This document shows positions 1 to 12,474 of a DNA stretch of 64,000 nt, in pieces; position 1 is the stretch's first letter, and every line of letters starts with the position of its first letter. This DNA comes from Adineta vaga (taxonomy: Eukaryota; Animalia; Rotifera). Location: contig CP075497.1 of the NCBI GenBank assembly GCA_021613535.1, positions 10,664,001-10,728,000 on the forward strand. The letters run 5' to 3'. Made by a program: the position numbers and the translations under genes. The notes beneath the pieces were generated by a model. The model did not search any database. It was not told the origin of the DNA and was given only the letters and a program-made list of their open reading frames with translations.

Positions 1-723
1 TTGCATGGACATTCGATGAGACGTTTCACTTTTCTGATCAATGTCAATCTCTAAAAGCATTAAAAGCTTTAAAAGTATTTACTTCAGTGACAAAAAAATG
101 ACTTTATTTTGTTTGTTTTTTATTTCTATAGAAAGCAAAGAAAAAAAACGAAAGTCATCGCACACCGATTAGTATTCCATTTGATTCGAAATATTCATTT
201 GATTTCATCAAAACTTATCTCGAAACACATTTATTCCATGAACTAAATGTAAGTTGTGAGATTCTGTTTGTATAAGAAATTGAAGAACAATCTTTCTTTC
301 TTTTTTTCATTCAACCTTCAGAGAGAAAAAGACACGAGTAGAATGAGAATTACAATTCTCCTTCTCTTGTACAAAGTACTTGAACTTTTGTTTTATTTTT
401 AGTTGAAATCGACAAGTCTCAGTTCATATGCTTGGATAATAGATGCCTATGAAAACTCATGGTCTCATCAACGTCGTCGTCGACGTCATCCAATCGATAA
501 TGATGAACCACCATCAAAACGTTTGAAATCGAATGATGCACCAGTGATGAAAGTGTGCAGTCTTCAAGCACGTTTAGATGAACATGAAGGTATTTGCAGT
601 CTCTTTCTCTTATTTGTCGATGGAACAAATACTGATGCTGCTAATCAAATTGGTCAATATATTAAAAATCAATTTCCAATCTATTGTCAAAACCATGAAG
701 AAAAAACATTGACAATTGCATAA
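1..723 (+). CDS. METTL16: METTL16 (U6 snRNA/mRNA m6A methyltransferase), 3' partial; exons ~1-74, 132-248, 403-723
   Basis: Spliced translation AWTFDE...ENSWSHQRRRRR...LFVDGTNTDAANQIGQYIKNQF resembles recalled METTL16 motifs (AWSF; ENSWIHLRRKKR; WVEGQNRDLMNQLCTYIRNQ). GT-AG introns keep the frame. Confidence 0.85.
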
Positions 724-1104
724 TGAATGTGACATTTCAAAATACATGCATATACGCAACTTTTGTTTTGTTCCTTCTATTCATTCAAGAAACACTGATA
801 CATATTTTTTTTCTATATTCATCATTTTTGTTTACGATCACCGTTCTAGTAAAACCATAAATTGTCGTAAAAGCAGACCATTGCATTATTTACCTATACA
901 TATGTAACTGATAAGAATGATAGACATCCTGAATGTTATGCTGTTGTTACCAATTTTTTTCGTTATTCGACAAAATATTTATTTCGTTCGTATTGACTGC
1001 AACATGTGACGATCTCGCAAACAATTTATTTTGATTTCTATCATAAATACTGCTCTACTCTTTTAACTTTGCCATTATGCAATGATAAATGAGGTAGAGA
1101 AAGA

Positions 1105-1107
<3 letters not shown>

Positions 1108-1137
<30 letters not shown>

Positions 1138-1139
1138 AA
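1108..1139. repeat. (GAAA)8 microsatellite
   Basis: Directly visible tandem GAAA. Confidence 0.9.
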
Positions 1140-1968
1140 AACACATCATGATCAGTAAATGTTTGCTTACAAGCAAAAGACAAGTGCACAAAAAGATTAA
1201 AAAGAAATATATGAAGTGTTTCTACTAAATTTCTTATTTCAGATTAAAAATTCTTATCCATATCTATGTAGGAAGAAAACAAGCTAGGTACGTTAATTAT
1301 AGTTTTTGTTACGGTTTAGTATCTGGTTTTTATCTTTACGCTCAATCATGTTTATTAAAAACGTGCGCGTTTATTGATATAGTGGAAAAAGGAAAAAAAC
1401 AAAGAATGAAGAAAGAATGATAGCAACAAGAATAACTTCATGTTTGGAGAGGAAGAGAGAGTAGTCGAACATTTCTTTTATTTTTCTTTTTTTTATATAT
1501 GATGTAGACAGAGAAGCGTCGAAAAAAGAAAAGACGATGGCAACAGCAGTTCTTTCAATCTCGTTTTTTTTTCTTCATTCTGTGTCCTCTTTAGCGTAAG
1601 AGTTTTGCTTGTTGTTATATATTTTTTTTTCATTCATAGACATGCATCTTTTTCTTGCTACTCAGTAATCGCGAAAAAACAAATGAGGAAATAATCTTTA
1701 CTTACTCTGTTACTTCTCTAGAGACATTTGATTGTTGCCTACATTTTATCCAAACACGAACATCTACAGAGGTTAATCAATTGCTAGATGGTACAAATAT
1801 CTTTTGTATGCAAACTTATGTATATGATTTAATCCCTTTTTTGCATAAAAAATGACAACAAAAGAATGACATGTTCAATCGATATTGTCATGTTTCATAG
1901 TTACTTAATCCATGTGTTATTTATGAATTATTCTATTTAGAGACAACGAATTTAATTAAACCTCCATA

Positions 1969-4900
1969 ATGTCATCTCTTACTCCACCCTCAGCGGTACA
2001 GCCACCGCCAACATCCTTTGCAGATACGATCGCAAATCATCCATTAATAAATACTATATCTGGTTGTATAGTTCAATTACAACGTCATCCTATGTTTACT
2101 AAACAACGCCTTCAATCGTTACGACAGAGTTTTCTCGTAACAGTTGGTTTTCTTGTTCTATTATATTGTTTAGTTCATATTCAAATCGTATTCTTTTGGT
2201 TATTGAAATTTCTCTTTCATTTATTATTTAAAATTATCTCAATTATATTTTGGCTTCCGTTGAAAACTGTTCGTTTATTTATACCAAAATCTATTGATTA
2301 TGATATTTTGTTTCCATTATTGTGGTTATGTTCTATTGCATCATTCTATATATCGAAATTTTCTCATGAAAATATTTGTCGATTTTACGATCAATATCTC
2401 GTTCAACGATATAGATTTCTTCACTATGAAGGAGCAAAACGTGAAGATATTCGAAGATATTTATTCATAGGAACATTTATTGTTCTTCTTCTTCTACAAT
2501 CATTATTTATTCTTATGCCAATTACTTTAGCAATTCGACATCATCATGAAAATCCTAAACTTTCTCCAGTAAATAAAAGAAATATTTATGTTAATAATCA
2601 TTTTTACTCTGTTTCTTTTTCTTTACAGAAACCAGTAATCGTCACTCCGACAGTGACAGTAACAACGACAACAGATAAATCACCCGTTAAAGATGTTGGT
2701 GAATCAATGAGTGAACATTTATACAAACGTTTCATCGATGCATTTACAGATGAAAACGAAACACATGTCGATAAAAAGCGTACGCCGTTAGTCAGTGATG
2801 AACAACTGGAAGATACATTTCAATCGATACAAAAGACGATTAAAAATGGAGTGAAGAATTTGAAATCGAACGATAAAACAAAAGAAGTTAATGAAGAGAA
2901 GAAAAGTTCAAGATTTCAACGATGGATTATGCATTATCTTAAAGCACCATTTCAAAAATGGGAAAGTAAAAAACCTGAAATAATCAATTCAGTCGACGAA
3001 AAGAATAAATTATATGGCAACGAAGAGGAGGAAGATGTGCAAATCAATTCCTCCTCTTCGCTTACAGATACAGAGGAAATTGATCACGATGATGAAGATG
3101 ATGACTTGTCAGAATCCGATGATGATGATGATGATGACGATGATGATTATGATGAAGATGAAGATATAACAATGACGGAAAGAATTAGGCAAGGTTTAGA
3201 TACAGTGAAGAATTTAGGAAACAAAATCAAAGACAATGTCAAAAATAAGGTTTGCATAAATAATAGGATATTATTTGTATTATTTTCATTTTGACATATT
3301 TTTATTAGTTGTCTTCGTCTACGAAAGATGATCAGGACGAGGAAGATCCTTCATCCATCAAACAACGTTTAACAAATTCGGTTACAAATGTTGAAGAAGA
3401 GGTTTGTATAAATATGTACCGCTCTACTATGAGAGAAAATCATGTTAGTTGATAACGGAAGAATACTTTTTCTGAGTTATTACTGTTTAATATCAGTTAT
3501 ACGAAAGATTTAACTGGTAGAAAGTGTAACAAAATGTTTTTTTATTATTATTTTAGCTATCTTCTTCAATAGCTAGTGATGATGAAGACTCAGATGATGA
3601 TGATGATGATGAAGCAACAACGGACAAAATCAAAGAACAATTAGGTAAACCAATCGAAAAAGTGAAGACTATTGCACAAGCAGTTGTTGATAAATTTGAA
3701 AAAAAAGTAATAGAATTTATTCATCAAAATAATATTTATATTAAACTTCGTATTTAGTTACATTCATCCCTTGATGATAATGACGAAGATGAAGATTCAG
3801 GTTATGATTCCGATGTTGAAGAAGAACAATCATCAAGACCAGCCGATAGAATTAAAGAAACCTTGTCCGAATCAATTGAAAAAGTTAAAAATGTTGCATC
3901 AAATATCAAGGATAAGGTACAATCTCTAATCTTTTCATATGCAAAGTAACTCTCGTTTTCTCTTAAGGTTATTTCTACATTAGATCAAAATGATCAAACA
4001 TCTACACCAATCATTGATCAAATTAGAGAAGGTTTAGATAAACCAATTCAAACTGTCAAAGAATTCGGTGAACAAGTCTTAGCAAATGTCAAAGAGACAG
4101 AAGAAGATCATCCATCACTTCTCGATCGAACCAAAGACAATTTTCTCAAGCCAATTGAAACAGCAGCTACAAATCTACGTGAAAAAGTAAGTTTTATCAA
4201 AATATAAACTGATCATTATCACCGTTGGTTTTTTAGTTGTCTTCGGTTACAAAAGAAGAAGAACTATCTCTAATAAATCGTGCAGAAAAAGTTGTAACAC
4301 CAATAAAAGACAAAGTAAATCTATTTGCTTGAACATTTCAATCTATCATTCCTAACATTGATTAGATTGTTTCCAATGCTGATGAACTCAAACATAAAGT
4401 CGGTGATCTTCTTGATTCTGCAGAAGAATTTGCTGAGAATGTCGTCGATAAATCATCAAAATTTATCAAAAAGAAAACTAAAGAGGTACATTCGTGTTCT
4501 TTTCTAAACACTTAAGAAAACAAAACTATTTTTCGTTATTAGGTCAAAAAAGTACTACCGAAAACAGATGAAGTTATATCAAAAATAAAACGTGATGTTG
4601 TTCAACCAATTGGAAGCAAAGCTTCAAAAGTAAAAAAACAATTGGAAAAAACGACTGAAGAAGTTTGTCTATATTCGTACTATTGAAGTTGAATTAACTA
4701 TTTATCTTTTAGCTAAAAACAACAGTAGGTGATAAAATCAAGTCACTGAAAAAGGAAAAGAAACCAAAGACTTTGACTGAAAAAGCGAAAGATAAATTCA
4801 AATCAATTTCCGATTCTATACAAGAAAAACTGCCTGATAATGAAAACAGGAAGAAAGAATTGGAAGCAGAAGCGAAATTAATCAGATATAATGAATTAAA

Positions 4901-7900
4901 ATTACAATGGAAAAAGAAAATCAATGGATGGTTTGACGAAGCCTGGAATGTTTGGCATCTAACAAAAACTAGTCTGGCACATATCTTTATTTCTTCAACA
5001 AAACATGCACGACATTTACCACGGTATAATACAACATCTTTGTATACAGCATATACAGATGTTAAATGTTATGATTATACCAAAAAATTAAATCGTTATC
5101 GAGTTGGTAAACGACAATATATTAATTTTCTTGATACATATCGTCGACATTCACCATTTCCTGTTTATCTATCAATCTTAAAATCTAATGGACCAAAATG
5201 TTATCGTCGTTATCCAGATTCATTCTGTGGATTAGTATCAAAGATACCAGTTCGAAATTTTAAAGTAAAATTATATCGTTTTATTCGATTTTGGGCATTA
5301 ATTGGTTTATTCGGTATTATTCTGTCAGTTATTTATAAATATTTTCTAACATCAAAAACACCGACTTCATCACCAAGATTTCGTCGACATGATGATAATA
5401 ATCGATCATCAGAAAGAAAACAAGAAACAACCATATCACCTCAATATGATCAATCAAAAACTACAACAACAACAACAGCAACGACGCAAAAGACATCATC
5501 TGTTAATCAAAACAATGCTTCATCAAACACAAACACACAGCCGTTAGATGTTGAAATTGCCAAACAACTTCACTTATGGTTAGAACGTGAACAAAATGAT
5601 GGATTTCGACATCTTAGTGAAACTTGTCGGCTAGCAATTAATAATACATTTCTAAAACAACTAGTAAGTTCTATCAAGCTAGATATATTAATGACCTTCT
5701 ATCTCTAGTGAAGATTAACCTTGACGTTATATAGTATTTCTCTTTTCTCAGAAAGGCATAGCGATCGACTCCGTTGACTATCAACAAAGTTGTTCTTTTT
5801 TTTTCGATATTACTCCGTAGGTTGTTTGTTTGTTTGTTTGTTTGCCATCAATGACGTCTTGACGGATTCCTTTTGGCCAGATGATGAGAAAGAGAGAAAA
5901 AACGATTCTTTATCCTATATGTGATTTACATATTATAGGCTCGAGCGTTTGTTTGTTTCCTAGAAGCATTATCTACGCATAATATCGAAGGCGATTTTTT
6001 CTTCTTCTACGATACTCTTCTCTTTTCTTCTTCTCCTTCATCTGTTGCTTTCTATATTCTTAACGACAAAATACGTAGTAAAACACTTGGAAAGATGAGG
6101 GAAAATGCCGATCGTCGACAGCTCGATGATGATGAAGATGATGATTGAGTTTCTTTTACCGAATGTACGATATATAAAACAACAGAAGAGAATATCCTGA
6201 AGGAACTCGACATGTCTACGGATCGTCAAGAAATCATCGATGCGTTCATTGAACGTCAACGTGAAAATTTTCATCAATTAATTCAAAATTTATCAATTTC
6301 TTATCATAATTTTCGTTCACGATTTTCATTTCCAACCGATAAATCACAACAACGTTATCTATTTTTGAGTATTCTCTTATCTTTTATTCTATTAACAATA
6401 GTTTATTTAATCATTGTGGAATATCATCGTTTAATAAAATTTGTTCGTTATTATATTCGCACAGCTTATTCTTATATTCATTTGTTATTTACAAGAATAA
6501 GATATAAATTCTTACAAAAAACAACGCCATCGTTGTTCAATCTCTTATTAAATCGTAAGAGTTATATTCGAGAGAAATTTTCCAAAGAATTCGTTCGAGC
6601 ATTAAATCAAGAACTTTTTAATCGAAAGGTAAAGTATCTTTTCCATGTGAAAACATTTGATTATCAAGTACCATCTATATTTTTTCATCTGTATACCATA
6701 CTGTTGCGTGTCCTTAAGCAAATTAACTGACAAAGCCAATTGAGACAAACATGTTTTTATTATTATTAGGAACGACTCAGCGTGGAAACTCTGCAATTTG
6801 TTAATGCGAAAATTCGTAATGTTTCTCAAAATAACAATAATAACAGAAGTGTTGAAACAACTGCCGAAAAAATCGTAATTAGATATTTTCTTTTCAAAAA
6901 ATGAAATTATTCACTTTGTTTTACTTTTTCTTTTTCAAGATTATCAATGCTGTATTGGATATTGATCATTTGATTTTGAATATTGTCAATACATTTAAAG
7001 AACAACATTTTTCTCTTGAAACACAGAAATTATCTGGTCAACTTTATATTTTATTAGTTATTAATCCAAATCAATATTCAATCGAAGCTAATCTTCAACA
7101 GCTTCAAATACAACCAGTGAATATTATTGATTCAAATCATGTACGAAAATCAATAAAGCAAAGAGTCATTTTAATTTCTATATGATTCTTTTCAATTTAG
7201 GTTTTAACTGAAACTGACAAACAAAAGATTGTTAAATTATTAGACGAGACAATCACTCGAACAATTGTTCGATGTACATTTCGTCTATCCGATAACCAAG
7301 AGAATATCAATTCAACTAATCTTTTGAATTCTTCAACAACATCTCATTCAGAAACAACTAAAACAGTACGATATACATAGAGATTTGATTTCATTTGAAT
7401 TTTCCTTTTTATTTTTAGTCTATACCTCTTACTCCATTTTCTACTTCATCTATTCAAACAAACACTTCTCGTTTTCCTCAATCGAATCCACCAAAATATC
7501 ATCTAACTGAATCAATACCTACAGTATTAATCAACGATGCACATCAACATTTATACACAAATCAAACAACAATTAATAAAGAACCGAAAAAATTACTTCT
7601 TCGTATTGTAAAAGCAATGAATTTACACGATGTTGAACAACCATTTTGTGTTCTTGAATTAAATCATCCAAAGCAGATTCAACAAACAAATATTGCGAAT
7701 AATGGTCTTAATCCGTATGTAAATAATATTTTCTCCTAGGAAATCTTTCAAATCGATTGATTTTCTAGGTCTTGGGACGAACGTTTTCTCTTCGAATGTA
7801 ATGATCAAAGTAATCAAATACGTCTTCAAATCATTGATCGTAAACAATCGAATAAAAGAACAGGCAATAATTATAGTTCGTATTTGAAATTTTTCTTCCC

Positions 7901-10900
7901 TGAAAATCCTTCTTTCTCCTTTGTAGTTGACACGGTCTATGCCGATGTATTAATACCATTCTCTTATGTTACAACAACAGTCTACAAACAAGACATTCAA
8001 ATCAATCCCCAACATCCCGAATCAATTATTCGTATTGAGGTAAATACATACAATAAATAAGTTTTCTATATATACACCTTGATTATTTTCGTATATAAAA
8101 AAGAGATCAAAAATTGTGCATAACTTTGTCACCTGTTTTTGTGCGATAAATATAATAGAACGATTCGTTTTTGATTTGAGTAATAAAGAACGAAATATAG
8201 AAATAATACTTCAAAAATACGATCAAATTTATCGATAAAATTTTTTTATCCGTCTTACTCAACGTAATGTTTATCATATCTGCTTTTTCTCCTCTATTCG
8301 ATACGTTTTATATTTTCATCCTTTACGACACCTACGAGATTTCGTTTTTTTCTTATTCGTATCGTGTACTACGTTCTTCGTCATTTCTTTCTCTTCATAT
8401 AAAAAGTGAAGGGTACGAAGAACGTGCAAATCATCTACCGTTTATCACTATTTGAGCATAGTCGTGTCTAATATTCAACACTATTTTTTTTCAATGGTTC
8501 GCAGTCGTAGTGAAACGAATTTGAATCGAATTTTCTTGGATTTATGTACAAGTCCAGAGATACGTTCAAAAAATGGACATATACGAAACAATCAACGACA
8601 ACGTCATCCACCGTTACCAACATTGACACCAATTAAATCCAATTCTTGTTCAGATTTAACTAAACCTTTACAGAATACTCTTTCACCGACTTCAACATCA
8701 TTTGATGAACAACAGTTATCACCTCCACCGACACCGCCATCCTCAACTGAAACATTAAGTTTACCTATATCTCTTGCACGACCATCTTTGACAGCAAAAA
8801 AATCGATTGAACCCGCATCCGCTCCTATTATCCCATTAATCCCAACAGAATCAACAGGTTTCGTTGTACAATCACCATCCTATCACACAAATACTTCTGT
8901 ATCACTTTTTGGAACAGCACTGATCAATACGAGTGTAAGACATCATGGTCAACGTTCAATTGCACATATAAAATCTTCGTCATTGGGAAGTAAAACCTCG
9001 ATTGAACAAAAAACTGCACCTATTCCATTATTATCTTCTCAAATAGATGATTGGAGACAACCAGATTATACCAGTCGATTACGTGATCGTTTGAAATCAC
9101 GAGGCCATTTAAGAAAATTTTTTGGATTACCAGAACTTCACCAATAGAATATTCGCTCATGACGAAGATCTGAATTCCCAATTTTTTTTCTCGTGATTTT
9201 TGTAACTTATTTGTTGATAAATACACTTTCCTTCGAATTCATTTTTTCTCTATAATGATCAATTTTCGACTACGGTATTCTTTCTTCTCTTTTTCTAGTT
9301 TTCAACTTTACCTGAAGAAGAAGCATTAGCTGGTAAGATCAATAGGTTTCGATGAAAACTCATTATCATTTGTTTTTGCACGCATTCGCTCATGCTCATA
9401 AACTTGAATTAAACACGCTACAAATTCTCTTTTTTTTTATTATTTAATCACAGCTAACAATGGCTACGATGTGGAAAGTCTAACTGACAGTCAAACTTGG
9501 GCATATAATGACCGAGGTACATGATGTTTGTTTTATTAATTTACTTTATAATGATTTGATTTTATAAATCAAAATTTAATTGATCGTTGTTTATCTTTTC
9601 ATTTTTAATAGAAGCAAATCATATTGAACAAGAATATCCTCACAGATTTCAACAATCATCATCCAATGATTTCTTAACATCGCCATATGATGTGGGAAGT
9701 CTACCAAAAGCTATGGTTTATCATCAAGTCCATACGATGACGTATGTTATGTAAATAAAAAACAGTCTCTCAAAATACACTGAGTCATATAGACATTTCT
9801 CAATAAACAGATGAGACAGAAAATACAAGTGTAGGTAAAGCTGAATAAGGTTAACCGAGAATTAGAATAAGAATTGAAACAATTTTAATCGAATTATTTG
9901 ATAAGAGAATAAAATTTAAATGTTGTGTATTATATAAAATGAAGGCCAAACATTCTGATTCATATGTCAATGGCCTTGACAGATAAAGTCATAAAAAAAT
10001 AGTAGAGCTTTGATTAACTTAAGGTGTTGAGTCATATAATGCGTAGGATTTATCGAGCTTAGTATGACTTTGAGTTGATTGATGTTGTACACGTTCGGTA
10101 AAACGAATACTAATCTTAGTTTTTCATTCATACGATTTGAAATTTTTCGAATAACTTTTTTCTCCTTTGTACATTGAATTACATTCTGACGTAAAAATAT
10201 TATTTTAGGAACGTGATTATCCATCAACGCTTCCTCGATCTGTTGGTCCGCATCCAGGAGCAAGTTCATTTATACCATCCATACCTTTGACACCTCGCGA
10301 TGGTAATGGTCTCACGGGTGATAAACCACAAAAATCGAAATCATTTATGAGCTCTCTAAAACATTTAACTTTACCTCGACGAAAACATGAAAAGAATAAA
10401 TATGACACGAGTATGGGCTCACAAACAAGTAGTATCACACAATTGAATACTGCCATTCAATCACCACAAACCAATTTAACATCACATAGTTTATCATCAG
10501 GTGAGATAGAAGTTTCTTTTTTCTTTTTTCTTGTTTTCATCACAACAAATCACTTTCTGCAGCTCTACCAGGACCATATCCCGGTATGTTTTATGCATGC
10601 TTAACATATTCTTAAGCATGATGATATGGTGAAAGGATAACATCTTTAATAATCTTTCTCACTCTTATTTTTGTACATATCAAAACATCTTTGTTTTATT
10701 TTTTTTAGAATATTTTCTATCGAATACGATGGATTCAACGCCAATTCGTCGTAGTCGTTCAATATCACAATCATTCAGAAATCTTTTTCGTTCAAGCTCT
10801 AAAAAGAAAGCACTTGCAGCTAGAGCAGATGCTTTAGGTGAATTTGAAAATGGTAAATAGTTTTTGGAAAGACTGCAATGATTTAATCATATCCTTTCTT

Positions 10901-11372
10901 CTAGGTGCACATCGTAATCCTCTATCAACATCGGTTCCAACATCAAAAAAACTTTCATTTCTTCAACGACGAAAATCAAAACAAAAAGCAAAACATCAAT
11001 CAACTAATTCATTATCAAGTTATGATTGTTCAAGGTAAATTATTTTGATTTTCAAATCTTTCATAGTTAAGAAAACTTCATTTTTTTTTTAAAAAAAAAC
11101 CAACACTCTTTAGTACTTCCTCGTGAGTCATAGAAATTGTTTGGTACACTTCTAATAGATAAAACTAAACTAAAAAGAACACATGTTTGTTTGTATGAAC
11201 TTACTAATCTCATGAAAAAAGTTGTGCAACTTCTCAATGTTGCTCTTATAGATGAAAATATACAACAACTGACTTTCTCTGTTTATTTAGAATGGAATCT
11301 GTACGCGATACACCTATTCGTGCTAATGTTGGCCATCCAGTGACAATGACAAAATCACTTGTACGATCATGA
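1969..11372 (+). CDS. TMEM24/C2CD2L-like SMP-C2 ER-plasma membrane lipid transfer protein, long isoform (multi-TM N-terminus, acidic/amphipathic repeats, TM, SMP-like region, C2, polybasic tail)
   Basis: More than 20 in-frame GT-AG exons. C2 domain at ~7585-8039 (KLLLRIVKAMNLHDVEQPFCVLELNHPKQIQQT...NPSWDERFLF). Polybasic C-terminus (RRSRSISQSFRNLFRSSSKKK, KKLSFLQRRKSKQK). Stop TGA at 11370-11372. Confidence 0.75.
3309..4662 (+). repeat. Array of seven phase-0 exons, each encoding an amphipathic Lys/Glu-rich helix, most preceded by an acidic tract (LEA/perilipin-like)
   Basis: Exons 3309-3401, 3557-3706, 3758-3916, 3968-4186, 4237-4314, 4366-4485, 4543-4662, e.g. LSSSIASDDEDSDDDDDDEATTDKIKEQLGKPIEKVKTIAQAVVDKFEKK and LHSSLDDNDEDED...ADRIKETLSESIEKVKNVASNIKDK. 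Confidence 0.75.
6212..6628 (+). CDS. Alternative first coding exon of the TMEM24-like gene (canonical single-TM short isoform)
   Basis: ATG, one TM (YLFLSILLSFILLTIVYLIIV), then YIREKFSKEFVRALNQE, resembling the start of the TMEM24 SMP domain (SFRENWQRAWVRALNEQ). Phase-0 donor AAG|gtaaag is compatible with the shared exon at 6770. Confidence 0.75.
8494..9147 (+). CDS. Intronless Ser/Pro/Thr-rich ORF (217 aa from ATG) nested in intron 8040-9298 of the TMEM24-like gene
   Basis: Long open frame with coding-like composition in AT-rich DNA. ATG at 8494, TAG stop. No in-phase acceptor from the upstream C2 exon was seen. Confidence 0.6.
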   Translation: MVRSRSETNLNRIFLDLCTSPEIRSKNGHIRNNQRQRHPPLPTLTPIKSNSCSDLTKPLQNTLSPTSTSFDEQQLSPPPTPPSSTETLSLPISLARPSLTAKKSIEPASAPIIPLIPTESTGFVVQSPSYHTNTSVSLFGTALINTSVRHHGQRSIAHIKSSSLGSKTSIEQKTAPIPLLSSQIDDWRQPDYTSRLRDRLKSRGHLRKFFGLPELHQ

Positions 11373-11395
11373 TCTCTTTCTTTTTTTCTTGTACA

Positions 11396-11411
11396 GTGTG
11401 TGTGTGTGTGT
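11396..11411. repeat. (TG)n microsatellite in 3' UTR
   Basis: Directly visible. Confidence 0.85.
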
Positions 11412-12474
11412 ATTTGTGTGCATGTATAACAAACAATACCAATATCGAACAAATGTATGTGCTACATTCGTCCTTTAGATGAATTGCTTTTGTTTTGAGC
11501 ATTTAAAACACATCTTTTCTTTAATTGAATCTGATCGATTCAAATTTTTTCCCTTTAAATTAGACGTATTCAAACACTAACATGTTTGTTTTTCTTTTCT
11601 TTGGTTTAATGCTATTTCTTTGACGTGTTCTCTATTCTCTATGTATAACGAACGGTTAGGACATACGGTTTTTTCGTTTTTTTTCTTATTCGCGCGTTTT
11701 ATTGTTCTGGTTTGGTAAAAAAAAACAAAAACAAACTGGCATATGTGTTAAACTAGTGCGCCAGATATTTGAAAAGTTCTCATGATTTCTTTAAAGGAAA
11801 TATACGAGTTATTAACGTGACGCAAATCAGAATAGAATCGAATGATATTAATGTGAGAAATTCTCATTGTTCAGGAAATGATTTAGGTTTGGTTAGAATG
11901 TGGAAAACTATTTGCATACATTGAGTTTTTGTTTGGCAGTTGGAATGTGAAAATAAATGATTTTGATTGCTTTTTGATGGATATAGAAATATCATACAAT
12001 GACAGAAACAATATTTCGTAATGAAATACTAAAAGTTAGCCGTCTACTTTACAAATGATATTTGGTATTTCTAGATAGATATGACATATGAATGGAAATT
12101 CATCCAAAAGAATTTCTTCTTTTGATTGAGTCTTTTATCTTGGAGAATTCGATTCCCACTGAAAAACATTGAATTTTTTGTTAAAATAACAACGTATTCT
12201 TTCTTTAGTCTGTTGCTAAGTTATTCAATTGATAATCGTTGTTTTATTCTTTTCGTATTCATAAAAATACAAGAGAAAAAAAATATTGATCCCAAGGCAT
12301 CTATAAACAAATCATTTTTGTACTTTAGCTTTCTTGTTTTATCTTTTCTTTCTATGAGACATATTCAAGATATACAAACAAACAAATTAAAATTCTTGAT
12401 TGATAAAAACAAACAAAAAAAAAGAAAAAAAGAAATGAGAAGAGAGAGAGAGAAAAAAACTCGAACGACATTGC

